Origin: Podarcis cretensis
Taxonomy: Eukaryota
Assembly (NCBI GenBank): GCA_951804945.1
Contig: OX638149.1
Span: forward strand, 51,956,001 to 52,020,000
DNA length: 64,000 bases
Direction: 5' to 3'
Position 1 is the stretch's first letter. Each line of letters starts with the position of its first letter. Position numbers and translations under genes: made by a program. Shown in pieces: positions 1-12,300 of the stretch. The notes under the pieces were generated by a model. That model did no database searches. It had not been told where the DNA came from and saw only the letters and a program-made list of their open reading frames with translations.

Positions 1-276
1 GTAACATGAAGTGACTACAGTTCAGACTTCTATAGACAGAAAGAGGAAACAGTGGCACCAGAGCTAGATGTGTGTGCAATTACCTTCTAACATGAAAAAC
101 CTTGCTAATTTGGACAAAAGGACGATCTAGCTTAGCATTCTAACAAGTCTGATATGAGGGCAATAGCCCACTCTGTCATGGTACTCAGTGGCATTCAGAT
201 GCTGAAACACTGTGGCTAATAACCATTGGTATATATTCCCTCTGAACTTTTTAAATGATCTTTTAATGTCATCTAA

Positions 277-642
277 GCAGGTGGCACTGTGGGTTAAAGC
301 CTCAGCGCCTAGGGCTTGCCGATCGAAAGGTCGGCGGTTCGAATCCCTGCGGCGGGGTGCGCTCCCGCTGCTCGGTCCCAGCGCCTGCCAACCTAGCAGT
401 TCGAAAGCACCTCCGGGTGCAAGTAGATAAATAGGGACCGCTTACCAGCGGGAAGGTAAACGGCGTTTCCGTGTGCGGCTCTGGCTCTGGCTCTGGCCAG
501 AGCAGCGATTGTCACGCTGGCCACGTGACCCGGAAGTGTCTCCGGACAGCGCTGGCCCCTGGCCTCTTAAGTGAGATGGGCGCACAACCCCAGAGTCTGT
601 CAAGACTGGCCCGTACGGGCAGGGGTACCTTTACCTTTACCT
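277..642 (+). mobile_element. Sauria-type SINE, near full length
   Basis: tRNA-like head (GCAGGTGGC..GGTTCGAATCCC box B) and 3' (ACCTTT)n tail; flanked by TAAGC at 274-278 and 643-647; nearly identical to the copy at 12885-13246. Confidence 0.9.
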
Positions 643-1095
643 TAAGCTAGTGGTCCCCATATAGTGTGACAATGAATTCTGCATATTAATTATGAGCTGT
701 GTAAGTACAGTACTTCCTTTTCTATCCTGTTCGTTAGCTTACTGGGAAGCTCTAGCATTATGAGAGAGGGGGAAATGCCTTCTACCCCCTTTTTCCCACC
801 CATGTGCAGGTGTCAAGGATACCAGAAACCAATCGAAACTATTTTTTGGCCACCAAAAAGTGACTAGATAACACTAAGACCAGGACAGTTGCACTTTGAA
901 GAGAGAAATTGGGCAAGCAAGCTGCTTTCTTAACTGGTGGATATAACAAGCTGCGCCTGTCAGAATCCCTTCTCCCGGCAACCGAGAAGGGTCGGGCGTC
1001 TAGATGTGGTCGGCCGGGCAGAGGGTCGCGAGAGGGCGCCCCCACCGACCTGAGGGCTCTGACTGGAGGCCCAAACTTGCCCGCCCATCGCTCAC

Positions 1096-1304
1096 CGCCG
1101 GGCAGGCGCCCGCCTCCTGCTCCTCTTCCTCCGGACCAAGCAGGAGCAGCAGCGCCCCCGGCTGCAAGGGGCTCCCCACACACCACACCCCGAGGCCCCT
1201 CTCGGCGGACAGGGAGGGGCCCAGGGCTAAGCCCCGCGGAAGGCTCCACACTGGGCAGCAGGACCAGCCGCCGCCGCCACCGCCGCGCGCGTCCGGGGGC
1301 CAAC
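1096..1304 (-). CDS. ZNF408: ZNF408 coding exon 2 (N-terminal region)
   Basis: Translation contains [30 protein letters not shown], matching recalled human ZNF408 [30 protein letters not shown]; acceptor tttcag|G at 1304, donor GCG|gtgagc at 1096; human ZNF408 is head-to-head with ARHGAP1. Confidence 0.85.
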
Positions 1305-1414
1305 CTGAAAGGGAAGCAGAGACACGAAAGGGACGGTGAGAGCAGTCAAGGACGCGGGGCGGCAAGCGCTCTCCGCTCCCTCCCGTCTCCCGAAAGACAC
1401 CCGCTCGCCCTCAC

Positions 1415-1436
1415 TCTGGCCGGGGCTCTGCTCCAT
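1415..1436 (-). CDS. ZNF408: ZNF408 probable first coding exon (MEQSPGQ+S)
   Basis: ATG at 1436, 22 nt to donor CAGA|gtgagg, phase 1, in frame with exon 2 across a 110-nt intron. Confidence 0.65.
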
Positions 1437-1599
1437 AACAGCTCCTGGGCGGAACGTTCCGCGCAGCGCGCCGTGTTTGCGCCCGGACGGCTTTTCCCTT
1501 TCTCTCGCCGGCCTTTCCCCGAGTAGGCGGGAGCGTGTTGCCACGGAGACTCGTCCTCTTTCCGGTTCGGAGGCGGATGTTTGTGAAAGGGGGGTTTGA

Positions 1600-1742
1600 C
1601 AGGCGGGAGTGGCGGCTGCTGGCGAGCGGAGGAGCGCTCAGGGAGCGCGCAGCGCAGGAACTCCGTACTGGGTGCGCGTCGTCGGCGTCGGGGCTGCATC
1701 TCTTCCCTTCCTCCCACCGCGCACACCTTCATGAGATAAACA
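1600..1742 (+). other. ARHGAP1: ARHGAP1 non-coding exon 1 (5' end approximate)
   Basis: Donor ACA|gtgagt at 1742/1743 within the CpG island; exon 2 begins in UTR, so an upstream exon is required. Confidence 0.6.
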
Positions 1743-4700
1743 GTGAGTGGAGGCCCAGGCGCCGCTTCGAGGGGCGGGGCTCCTTCTGGGTTTATTCTCT
1801 TGCTTATTGGGGGGGGGAGCGGGGGGGCTGGGGACGAAGTTGAGGGAGGGCGCATGCGTCGACTCCAGCCTCAGCGTGACTTTAGGTGGGAAGGAGGGAG
1901 GTCTCTTGTCAAGCAGGGGCCGCTGCCAGGCTTCTGGGCTGGGCTTCTGTCTCGACCCTCCCACCATCTCCGTGGGTGTCGTCGTTCTCAGGGCTGCCAG
2001 GTTCAGATCTAGGTCAAGATTTTGGAATACGCCCCCCCCCGCTCCCTCAGCAACTCAAGGGGCCCCCATGCCTTTGTTGTTAAGGAGCCCCCCCCCCCGG
2101 CCTCGGTCCTTTCCTGGAGATCTTTTTTGGTGCTGGAGGTGGAGGTGCCTACACTGGGGAGGCTTTTAGAGGAGTGTGCGCGTGCGTGCAGGTGCTTAAA
2201 GGCGGCGGGGGTGGGGAGAGATGGGAAACGTTCGTTTACGTTAAAGTGAACTGATTTTAGGACCCAAGCCCTTGCCACCTGTGCACACTTTTTTGGGGGG
2301 AAATACTTGCAATTTGGGAAATACTTGCAACTGAGTTAAGCAGGGGTAGTAAGGTCAAGGGGTGTGGGTTGCTTAAATGCAAACATATAAAGACTTTCCC
2401 GCCACAAAAATAGTGCCAGAACTCCCCCATTTCTATTGAATGGGGCTTGTCACAGAGTACGTTAAAGTGTCGGATGACTGCGTGTTGGCCTCCTGTCCGT
2501 TACACAGAAGGGTGCTGGAGTGAATTGTGATGTCTCCACTGCCATCTGTATGAAGCTGTTCCACTAGGGACCCCATTTGTACCATGGAGTTAAGCATATT
2601 CTGATGGTACTCCATTTCTCTGTTACATCTGAATCAAGTGTGACTGTGCAAGCCCTGGATGAGTATGTGGTATGCACAGGAAGTGGGAGTGAATCCTGTT
2701 AAGACCAAGGCCCTGTAAGCGACTAGCTCTGTGCATGGATTTTGGGAGTTTGCTTTTTCTGGACCAGGGTTCCACTCCCTCTACTGGAACTGGAATGTCA
2801 TATGGGGGTGCTCCTTGATCATTCTTTGTTTCTGGGGGTACAAGTGACCTCAGTGGCTAAAGGTTACTTTTGTACTCTTGCACTAGCTGTGACCATTCTT
2901 GGACCAGTGCAACCAAGCTACAGTGACCCATGCATTGGTAAGCTCAAGACTGCATTATGGCAGTTTGGTCCATGTGGGCCTGGCCTTAAGGCTAGTTTGG
3001 AAGCTGCAGCATATAATATCTGTGTTGAGGGAATTGTGCTGCTGAGCGAAGTTGAAGGTTTCATTATACCTACATATTCCTAAACTTAAAGGAAAAACAG
3101 TTATTTGAGAGACTGCCTTCTCCCATATAGATGTGTCTGCTCGCTAAGTTCTTCAGAGAAGGCCCTGTCACTTATTCTGTGGCCCACAGAGACTTATCTC
3201 ATGTTAAGCTGGAAAAGGGCCTTCTCCTTTTTGGCCTCCAGCCTGTGAGATGCACCTGCTGTGGTGAGCTTTCATCTGCTGTTTTTAAAAACACAGCTAC
3301 CTTATTTGAGGCTTCCCTGGCCTCTGATACAATTACTTGAATGGTTCCCAGTTCCTGTGTTTGTGTTGTTTCTTTTATCGGACTGTTTCTATTGTATATA
3401 GAATTGCTTTGTTACACTGAATTATTTTGTTGCACTTCATTTTGATATTTTAAAGAGGTGGTATGTAACTATTTTAATTTAAACTTTAAAAGTTTCTGGA
3501 GCCCTTTGGGGGTTTGAGTCTGGTAATTCTAAATGTATGCTTTGCTAGTTTGCATAAATCATCTCACAGAAACTGCTTTATCCTGCTTTTATCAGGATTC
3601 GTACATCATGCTTCTGTGGTAAATGTAACCCCACAAATACTTGAGTCTACTGCAGAAGACTTTGTGGCCCATCACAAGATTGTCACTAGGGCTTTGTGGT
3701 TTATGTATTTGAGCTGGAAAGAAAAGGGGGAGTTGTATAGTTCTGTAAAGGAGAAGAGTGGGAAGTGTGGGGTGTGGTAGGGGCTCAGTAAAACCAGAGA
3801 GGTGTGATAGCACTTGTTTAAGGAGAAATCATTATTTATTGTGTGTTGGTTCATGCATGTCCATAAACAGAGCATTGAACTAGGATGAAGCCACTTATAG
3901 GATTATTATGTCTGACTTGTGAAGAGCATTCTGAAGACGGAAATATGACAGGAATGCCCACTTTCATGACAATTTTTTGCTTTGAGATAATGAGTGAAAG
4001 AAATTAGAGGGATTATATAGCCTGCTTGGAAGTCTTTGATGTTCAGCTGTTCCTGCTAAACAAAAGCAGTCAAATTTAAATTTAAATTCAAAATTAAATT
4101 TATTCTATGCATCTATGTTTTCATGTCCTTTGAGCTTGCAGTAAAAATCCTAAAGCAAATAGACAGAATTATCCAGGAAGCAGGGTAGGCATGTGCGTTA
4201 AACATGTGGCACTATTCTCCCCCACCCCCCACCCCATGATTGAATTTGTGTAACATTTCCAGAGTCTCAGTGTAAGCTCAGCAGCTGGAAATGGTTGGCT
4301 GAGGCAGGGACTGAGTAGTCAGGTTTATGATCTGACAGGAAAGGTGTGGTGTCTTTTTAGTTCTGTCACCTAATTCAGTTCTGGGTGTTCAGCAGATTGC
4401 ATTGTTCAGTGAGTGTATCCTGTTTGATTTAAGCTGGTGGCTTCTGAGGGGAGGGGGGATCTGAGGGAGGGACTACTTTGGCTTAACACTTCTGCTCCCT
4501 CCCCTTGAGGTTGACAACAGTGTTGGCTAGGTAAACATAATGGCTGCCTTTCTTTACCATACTGAAATATGGATAAAATTAAGTGGATTTCACAATCAAT
4601 GCAGCACTGGAGGCCCAAACAGCTGTAGTGGACACTTCTATATTGAGTCAGCAGGGTTGTTGATAATATGAAAGAAATAGGGTGTGATGTTCCCATGACC

Positions 4701-4904
4701 TAAAAGCAGGAATCTTAACTCACCAGCTGTTAAAACTATGATTAGTTGAAAACCTCTCTTGCAGTTAATGTCTTCAGAGAGATCCCTTTTCCGGTTATCA
4801 TTTAAGGACATTTGGTTTATGGAAGTATGGAACAAGTTGTTATAACACTGCATCTATGCAATAGTTTCCCTGTGGAGATTTGCTGTACAGCAACACATAA
4901 ATGA

Positions 4905-5225
4905 GGGTCAGAGTAGGTTTAAATGGTGGTGTGACTGATGCTTTCAGAATGTTGCGAGGAGTGAAGCAAGGTTGCATTATGGCTCCCACTCATTTTAGCA
5001 TTTATATGAATTATTTGGGGCCATATTGAGCCAATGCAAACACCCCTCTCCAGTAATTAGGAACAATCTCAATCTTGATGTATGCAGATGATTTAGTGCT
5101 CCTCTCTCATTCCTGATTGGGTCTCAAAAAGCTCCTGGAGGTGTTCAGCAAAAACAATAAATTGGGAAGCCTATCCATAAAATACTCTAAGACCAAGATT
5201 ATGCTTTTTGGCAAACACAGTCCTA
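4905..5225 (+). mobile_element. Degenerate LINE reverse transcriptase fragment
   Basis: Encodes GVKQGCIMAP and ILMYADDLVL (RT QG and YADD motifs) with stops/frameshifts. Confidence 0.75.
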
Positions 5226-5357
5226 GGCAGTGCTATTTACAAAAAGAGGTGCCAGAACTCACTATGAACACCTCCCTTGTTCTTATAATGACAATGATGC
5301 CCACCTGAAAGGTGTGAGACCAAGTTCTGCTGAATTCTGACTTTAAAAAGTGCCCTG
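5225..5357. mobile_element. Short MITE-like repeat (second copy about 18325-18438)
   Basis: Shared core AGAGGTGCCAGAACTCA..ATGAACACCTCCCTTGTT at both sites. Confidence 0.5.
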
Positions 5358-6440
5358 GTTCTAGGTATAAATGGTGCTTAGATCAGAAAACTACAGAACA
5401 CACTTGCTCATTTAGATACCATACCTGGGTCTACTCTTTAGTGAAACCCTCTTTTGGAAGTGCCATATGGAGGCAGTGAAAGCCAAAGCACAAAAAACCA
5501 AAGCGGCATTGATGAAGTTCTGTTACAATAAGGGAGGGAAGCTGATTGAACCTGCCGTAAAAATATTTGGTAACAAACCACTTATTCAAATCCTCTTTGT
5601 AGCATTGAAATATGTGGCTTTGATTCAGCTCCATTAAAGTTTTGGAAATTGCGCAGAATGTCCCCCCCCCCCCCAAAGCTATACTCTCTACAAACAGGAA
5701 TACAGTATCAGCAGCTCGTCCTCATAAAGAACCAGTTAAGGCAAGAATGGATAGTTAAAGTATATTTTTAAAAATACTACTATGCCTATTGAGAGTTTTC
5801 CTGTACTGTGCTGTATGGAATTGGGTGAAAACCAACTCTGGAAAGCAGCTTGTCAAGATGTTTTAGATCATTATTGTTTTCTAGAACTGAGCTCTGCTTT
5901 GACCTTGAATAACTGTCAACTAAGGGATTGGCTCTGCTGGATAGAATCCAGAAAGGACCTGCGGCTAATTAGAAATACCACATTCTCTCCCCCCACTCCC
6001 CGGTATCCACGCTTGATAACTATTTCAGTGAAGCATAGATTAGAAAAAGCCTACTGCTAAATAATACAACAAATGAATGGCCATGGTACATGAAGCTTAG
6101 GGTGCTTCAAATGTAACACCAACCATAATTTGGTGTTATGAGAACATAGTATCATTTTCAGGCAAATGGAAATGATGGTTTTCCAGTTTGGATGAAAAAG
6201 CAAGCCAGCTAAGTTTCAGTCCTGATTTTCAGTAATCAGTTACTGATTTTCAGGAATCAGTAATGTACAAGGGAGGAGAATGTGCAAGTCAAAGACTCCT
6301 CAGGCATTCTTACATTCCTGAATGTAAACCCATGGTTGAATAGCCCATTAAAGTTGTTCAGATCTCAGTGATGTTTGTCACATGGGGCGAAAATGAAGTA
6401 GAAACACAAAGTCTATATGGCTAGGCTGTGGAATTTTCAA

Positions 6441-6691
6441 CACAATATTCAGCAGTCAGATTCAACCATAATCTAAAGTCCTTTAACATCTCATGCCTCA
6501 GGAATGGTGAGCCTGTGACCTTTCAGACGTTGTTGGACTCTAACCTTCATCTTATCCAGCCAGCATTGTCAATGATCAGGGATGATAGGAACTGTAATCC
6601 TACATCAGAAGGATCACAGGTTCACCATTCCTAGAGCATGGGATGTTAAAGGAGTTTAGATTATGGTTGAGTCTGAACGCTGAATATTGTG
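6441..6691. repeat. About 250-bp imperfect inverted repeat enclosing a palindromic MITE
   Basis: Left arm CACAATATTCAGCAGTCAGATTCAACCATAATCTAAAGTCCTTTAACATC matches the reverse complement of the right arm at about 90% over about 90 bp. Confidence 0.85.
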
Positions 6692-9182
6692 CGTTGGTGG
6701 AGTCTTGCGCAACTCTTATTTTGCTGACTTTTGTTTAAAAGCATTTAGATCTGGATCAGATTTTTAAATGAATAGGCGTATTTAGCTACAACACTACCTG
6801 ACACTAGGGAAAATGAGATTTCAAAAAATATTTTCACTGTGTCTGCCTCCAAATGGAGAACAGACCTAAGATCCAGAGTAAGAGGAATTATTTCATAATA
6901 TGATAGGAATAATTAAGATATGCTTAACTCTCTGCTAGATGTAGGATCAGTCTCCACTGAACACTCAAGTTTTTTAGGTGGTATGAATTTTGTCTATAGT
7001 GTTTGGTCTGTGGTGGTCATTTCAGTAAGCTTCTCAGTCATGTGATACCAACCTTTTTTTGGACCTGTGGTACACATAAATTGGATAAACTGTTGAGAGT
7101 GCCACACACCTCATCCAAATGCACACCACATGTTCTGTTAGCTACAGTCGGAGTCCTTTTTTAAAGCTTAACTTAGCAGGGTAAGGTGCTCCAGGGAAGG
7201 CTTCTGTAGGTGTATGTGCACACCCGGGAACCACATTGGTGATCCCAGTTCTAAGTCATCAAGTGAGGAAAATGTATATGTAAATTCGTCCATAAAGCTG
7301 TATAAACAAATACCACATGAGTTTTGTCCACCAGAATCCCAAATACCCAGAACTCCAAATTCTTTCCCATCCACTAGTTTGGCAATGTCTACATTCAACA
7401 ACCAGTTTTCCATGTTTAGCAAGAGTCTTCTTTCTGTACATGGGATGTAAAAATAATAAATTCTCCTGCTAAAAAGAATATCAGTAGCATATTTGCCTCA
7501 TAGAGCTCATAACTTATTCTTAAGTGCTTTGCTAGTGCAGATCTGGCAAAACTGTAGCCCCCCAATACTGCAGTGATCCAGTTGTGCACCACGAGTTGGG
7601 AATATTCAGAATCCCTTGGTAGAAGAAAGCTTGGGGCTGTCTGCATCCTGCTGCCAGGGTAGTTTTTTTTGGACAATTTCAGTTAACTGTGAGAGTAAGT
7701 TGCTAGAATTAGAGTTGTTTCAAAACGAATGAGTCACGGCAAATGCTGGTTAGAGTTTCCATAGAAACTGGGTATATTGCTAAGGGCAGATGGTTGACTG
7801 CAATTTAAGCATGGTTACAGCATTAGCTAATAGCTCAGAGGAGCAAAGTGTCTTGCTCTTTACCCCCACTGAGGTCAAGCATCTCCTCCAGCCTGGAGAG
7901 ACTAGCAAAGAATAGCTGAGGCTGACTTTGCTGATCTGCTGTGCCCTGAATACTTCCTGATCTGCCTTGAAGATCATCTGCCCATATATGTCGTGTTTTG
8001 TCTGGTTACAGGAATGCGATTTGACTTGCTGCGCAATATGCTTACAGCCATCTGGAAAATAAGGACAATGAAATAATTGTGTAAGCATTGAAGGAGAAGG
8101 GAAGAGGTCTTGTGCAAATCGCAGCTCCCTTCAACACTCAGAATTTGGACAAACACTGGTGAATTTTTTGGGAAATGTCCAGAGATTCCCTTAACAAAGC
8201 ATGAGTGACATTCATTTGACCTTCTCTGACCATATATTTATTTAAATGCTAATATTGATCTCTGATATTAGCTGTAGCATTAGCTTTGGTCACAGTAACT
8301 TAACTTCTCTTTGAGGGCTGATGTTTTAGACCGGTTGTTTTCGGAGGCACTTTCTGTTTCTTCTTGTTTCATGATAGAATTGTGTTCATGTCCTACCTCT
8401 TGAGAACAATGATTAACCTTTCTAGTGATCTCATATATGTGGTTATTTATTGACCAGTGGTGTGCCTCCTTTGGTGGTGACTCTAATCAGGAGTCCATTA
8501 ATGTTTTAGTGAACATCCAAAATTCCAAAACTGTTGTCTTTCTCAAGCTAAGAATGACATTTCTTCATGGAGAAGGTCCAAAAGTACTAGGAACTGAATT
8601 CTTCTCAAACTCCAGAACTCTTTGGCTGCTTTTTCAACATGCGCCACTCAAGGACAACCTGTCTATTGTTGAATCTGCCCCCTCACAGTTCTGCTTGTAG
8701 CACTGTGAAGAATCCTCATGTGTGTCTCTGTTGTTGGTTTGATAGGCCAGTGGGGGAAGGAGTATTTGGGCACCCTTCCAGTGCAACACCTTGCTGTGCA
8801 AGCTGTTTGGCTATTTGCCAACTCTGCCAATGGAGTGCAGGAAATGGGAGCCTTTAGAATCAATGCGTCAGGCAGGGGGTTGGTGTAATCTGTTGCATTT
8901 CCCTGCCGTTTGGGCTTGTATGCTACCAACAGAAAGCAACTAGGCTGTATTTGCACAGGAGGGGGAAATGGATGGAGTACAGCCAGTGGTATTCCCCTAG
9001 CCAGCCCCCTCTCACCTTTGATATGAGGAAAGGTTCTTCTGGACAAGACATCTGTGGCAATATATAAAGGAGCAGCTTTGGGAGATGATATTGAAGATTG
9101 CTATGTATTTGCTTGCTTGATCTGTGAATCCCTGTGCTCTTCCTTCTGGGGTTTTTAGGAGAGCAGTTAAAGCTTGGAAAAC

Positions 9183-9315
9183 ATGGAGCAATACCCAGAT
9201 CTACAGGAAGACCTGAGTTTGGAGGATACCAATGAATCCCTTAATCAGCTCAAATTGGCCTCTCTAGATGATAAGAACTGGCCACCAGATGAAGTGCCTG
9301 TTTTTCCTAAGTCAG
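9183..9315 (+). CDS. ARHGAP1: ARHGAP1 coding exon 1 (exon starts at 9159)
   Basis: [44 protein letters not shown]; acceptor ttttag|G at 9159, donor CAG|gtgagt. Confidence 0.95.
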
Positions 9316-12300
9316 GTGAGTACTTTTACTAGCAATGAAGTGACTAGAAAGGAATCTATATGCTGCAGCACTAATATTAAAATATACCTTTAATAGCTTT
9401 TTATTTATTAGATTTATTTATATCCAGACTTTCAGGATAGGCAGCATCCAAATGATATCAAAATAATTAATAACATAATAAATAAGCGGAAAAATAACAA
9501 GATTCAGGGTTCAGCAGGTTCTTTTTGTGTTATATTCTTGCATGATAGTTGTATACAGTATAACCCTGTGGGGGCAAGGGTAGTCTAGTGGAGCGCACTC
9601 TGAGGTCTTTGCCTGTCTGTGTCTCTTTCCTCTTTAAGATGCTGCAGAAGTACTAGTTAGCCCCTGTATCTAAACTGGGATGTAGATCTTATCTAAATGG
9701 GGTGGTAAGAGCATGGAATGCTACAGACCTTATATGCCAGAGAAGTATCTGTTTCTCTGTGCAGTGTAAATAGTTTATTCTAGTGGATGAATGTGGAATT
9801 CTGTAGTGGAGAATTTTAGATCATTGATTACTTTCCACTTATAGTGTGTTTATACATTTGAGGCAAATATTGACAAATAAGCTAGCACAATTGGTCTGAA
9901 TGCATGCAGTGTTTTGTATTGAACATAAAATGAACAATTGCACAAAACTAATGCTATTCATCACAGTTCCTTCTGGTTCCGTGATATACCTGATCCCTTC
10001 TCTGTGTTTTTGTATCTTCGTATAGCTGTGCTGGTTTTTATGTTCTCTGCATTTTCCTCTCACCCCATCCCCTTTATTTTAAAATGTAGATGACTTCAAG
10101 GGCTCCCCTGACCCTGTCACTCACTTACGATGGGATGACCCATACTACGACATTGCTAGACACCAGATTGTGGAAGTGGCAGGTAATGGGTTCTTTTCAT
10201 TTCTTTGTCTTCTACTTCAGAAAGCATTTTGATACAGCATAATGACTTGGGATATAGGGTCTATTTTATTGTTTTGCTGTTTTGTTTTATTTATGTTCAT
10301 GTTTTTATCCTGTATTTTATTCTGTGAACTGCCCTGAGATCTTATGATGAAGGGCAGTATATAAATCTAATAAAAAAGTAAATAAAATAAAATAAAATAA
10401 AATAAACCAGCCCAGCAGTGGCCCAACAATAGGTTGGATCCCAAGTTGTCTTTTAGTGAATGATAGGATTCCTTCTGTTTGTAGAAGGAGCCAAGATCCA
10501 GCAGAGGCTCCTGCTGGAGGAAGCAAGCAGGGAGGAAGCTGTTTTTGCCTGTTCCCCTTGCAGGTCACGGCACAACTGTCCATGCTGTCCTGGAAGATTC
10601 TTTGACTCGTAGGTGCAGTTCTGCCCATGGGTAGTCTGGATCCAGCCAAATAGCTTGATTCACATAGTGGTCATCGTCGTTGTGAAAATATCAATTGTAC
10701 AGAGGAAGAGAACTTTGAGAACCATGGGCCCATTAGAGTTATTTGATAGTCACTTGAAGCAGCAGTCTGACCCCAGACTTGCAAACTACGTTATGAACTC
10801 CTCAGTCAGATGTTCCATTGGCTGATAGTACCATGAGTTACTGAGGTTTGGTTGGCTGGGGTCTGGAGAAGGGCCTTTTCTATTGTAGCATCTGCTCAAT
10901 GGGATGCATTCCAGGGTGGATGAGTTCCAAAAGTGGGATGTTTCCACCAACTGTTGAAGACCTGTCTCTTTCTCCTGGCATTTCCTGACAATGTCACCAG
11001 TTTCTGTTGTTCCAGTTACTGTGGTTATTGCAATAATGTTTTTACTTGATTTTAATTGTTTGTTTTACTTGATTTTGATGGATTTTGTGTATTGTGAACT
11101 GCATCAGTATTTTTGCTAATGAAAAGTATCACATAAGCTTTGAGAATACATTCTGATACATAGTGACTATAGCATACTGGACTTAGAAGAGTTCAAATCC
11201 ATGGTCTGCCATGAAGTCTACTAGATGACCTTGGGTCATTCATTGGCTTGTATCCGACTGAGTCATACTCAGAATAATTTAATTCCATTGATTGCAATGT
11301 GTCCACTGTCAGTATGACAAAATCAGATAGAACCCTTTATCCCTCATCCTGACCTACCACATAGAGTTGTTATGAGAATAAATAGGAAGGGAGGACCACG
11401 AACACGTACTGTACTTCACCTTGAGTTCTTTGGAGAGAAGAAGGTGGGAGAAAAATAGTATGTGCAAACCTGAAAACTCATTCTTCCGAAGAAAAACTGT
11501 TTTAACTTGTTTGCAGGCTAGAAGAGACTCTGCATGTGTGCCTCTAATTTTCCTGAGCCATGGCAAATCCCTCAACTGTCTGAACAAATCAGTCAACTTT
11601 AGGTGACTGCCAAGTCACACTTGAGTCCAGAGCATCAGTGGGCAACCTGTGAACTTCCCTATGTTGCTGGACTCCAGCCCCAACCAGAATTGCCAATGGT
11701 AATGGAATATGAGAAATGTAGTCCAGTATCACCTGGAATGCCACAGGTTCCCCACTTCTCCTGCAGAGCATCCTGGAGTGTGGAATTGTGCCACAGCTGC
11801 AAGGAAAGAGTTAAATCTTAATTATTATTTTTAAAAACTTATTGATAAATGCAATACGTACAAACACAAAACAGAACACTAAACAAGCTTATTATACATA
11901 GATACACACACCTCTCAAATTAGATTACAAAAAAGAAAACAAACAAACAAAACATACAAACATAAATCTTGACTTCCCTCCACCTATGTGTGGCTTCCTT
12001 TATTTCTTTTCTTCTTTTCGCTGTGTTATCACTATTAGTTTTGACTATCTCATCTTATACCCATTTCTTCTTAATTTTTTACTCTATAAGATTCATTCAT
12101 TGCATATTGATATATTAATACCAGAACAATGTTTTTGATGTATTCCTTCACGCAAGTCCACTCCTCTATCAGTTTTTGGTCTGATTGGCCTCTTACCACT
12201 GCTGTAAGTCTTGCTGAATCTATATATTCACAAAATCTTATTTGCCATTCTCTTATTGAGGGAGTTTTTTCTCCCTTCCAATTTTTTGCTATAATCATTC

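Larger units (their letters stand above)
950..2280. promoter_or_regulatory. CpG island / bidirectional promoter ZNF408-ARHGAP1
   Basis: Very GC- and CpG-rich; RFX X-box-like GTTGCCACGGAGAC 1537-1550, ETS-like TTCCGG 1560-1565, NRF1-like GCGCATGCG 1850-1858. Confidence 0.85.

Noticed and set aside
277-350. tRNA-like box A/B sequence (also 12885-12960 and 57205-57275)
   Set aside because: These are SINE heads, not tRNA genes; no complete cloverleaf.
1050-1095. Alternative ZNF408 exon-2 donor CAG|gtcggt at 1050
   Set aside because: Weaker site giving phase 1; the gtgagc donor at 1096 is stronger and gives phase 0, as recalled for the human gene.
839-2278. Many long overlapping ORFs in the first CpG island
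   Set aside because: Expected from stop-codon scarcity in GC-rich DNA; only the minus-strand segments matching ZNF408 are supported.
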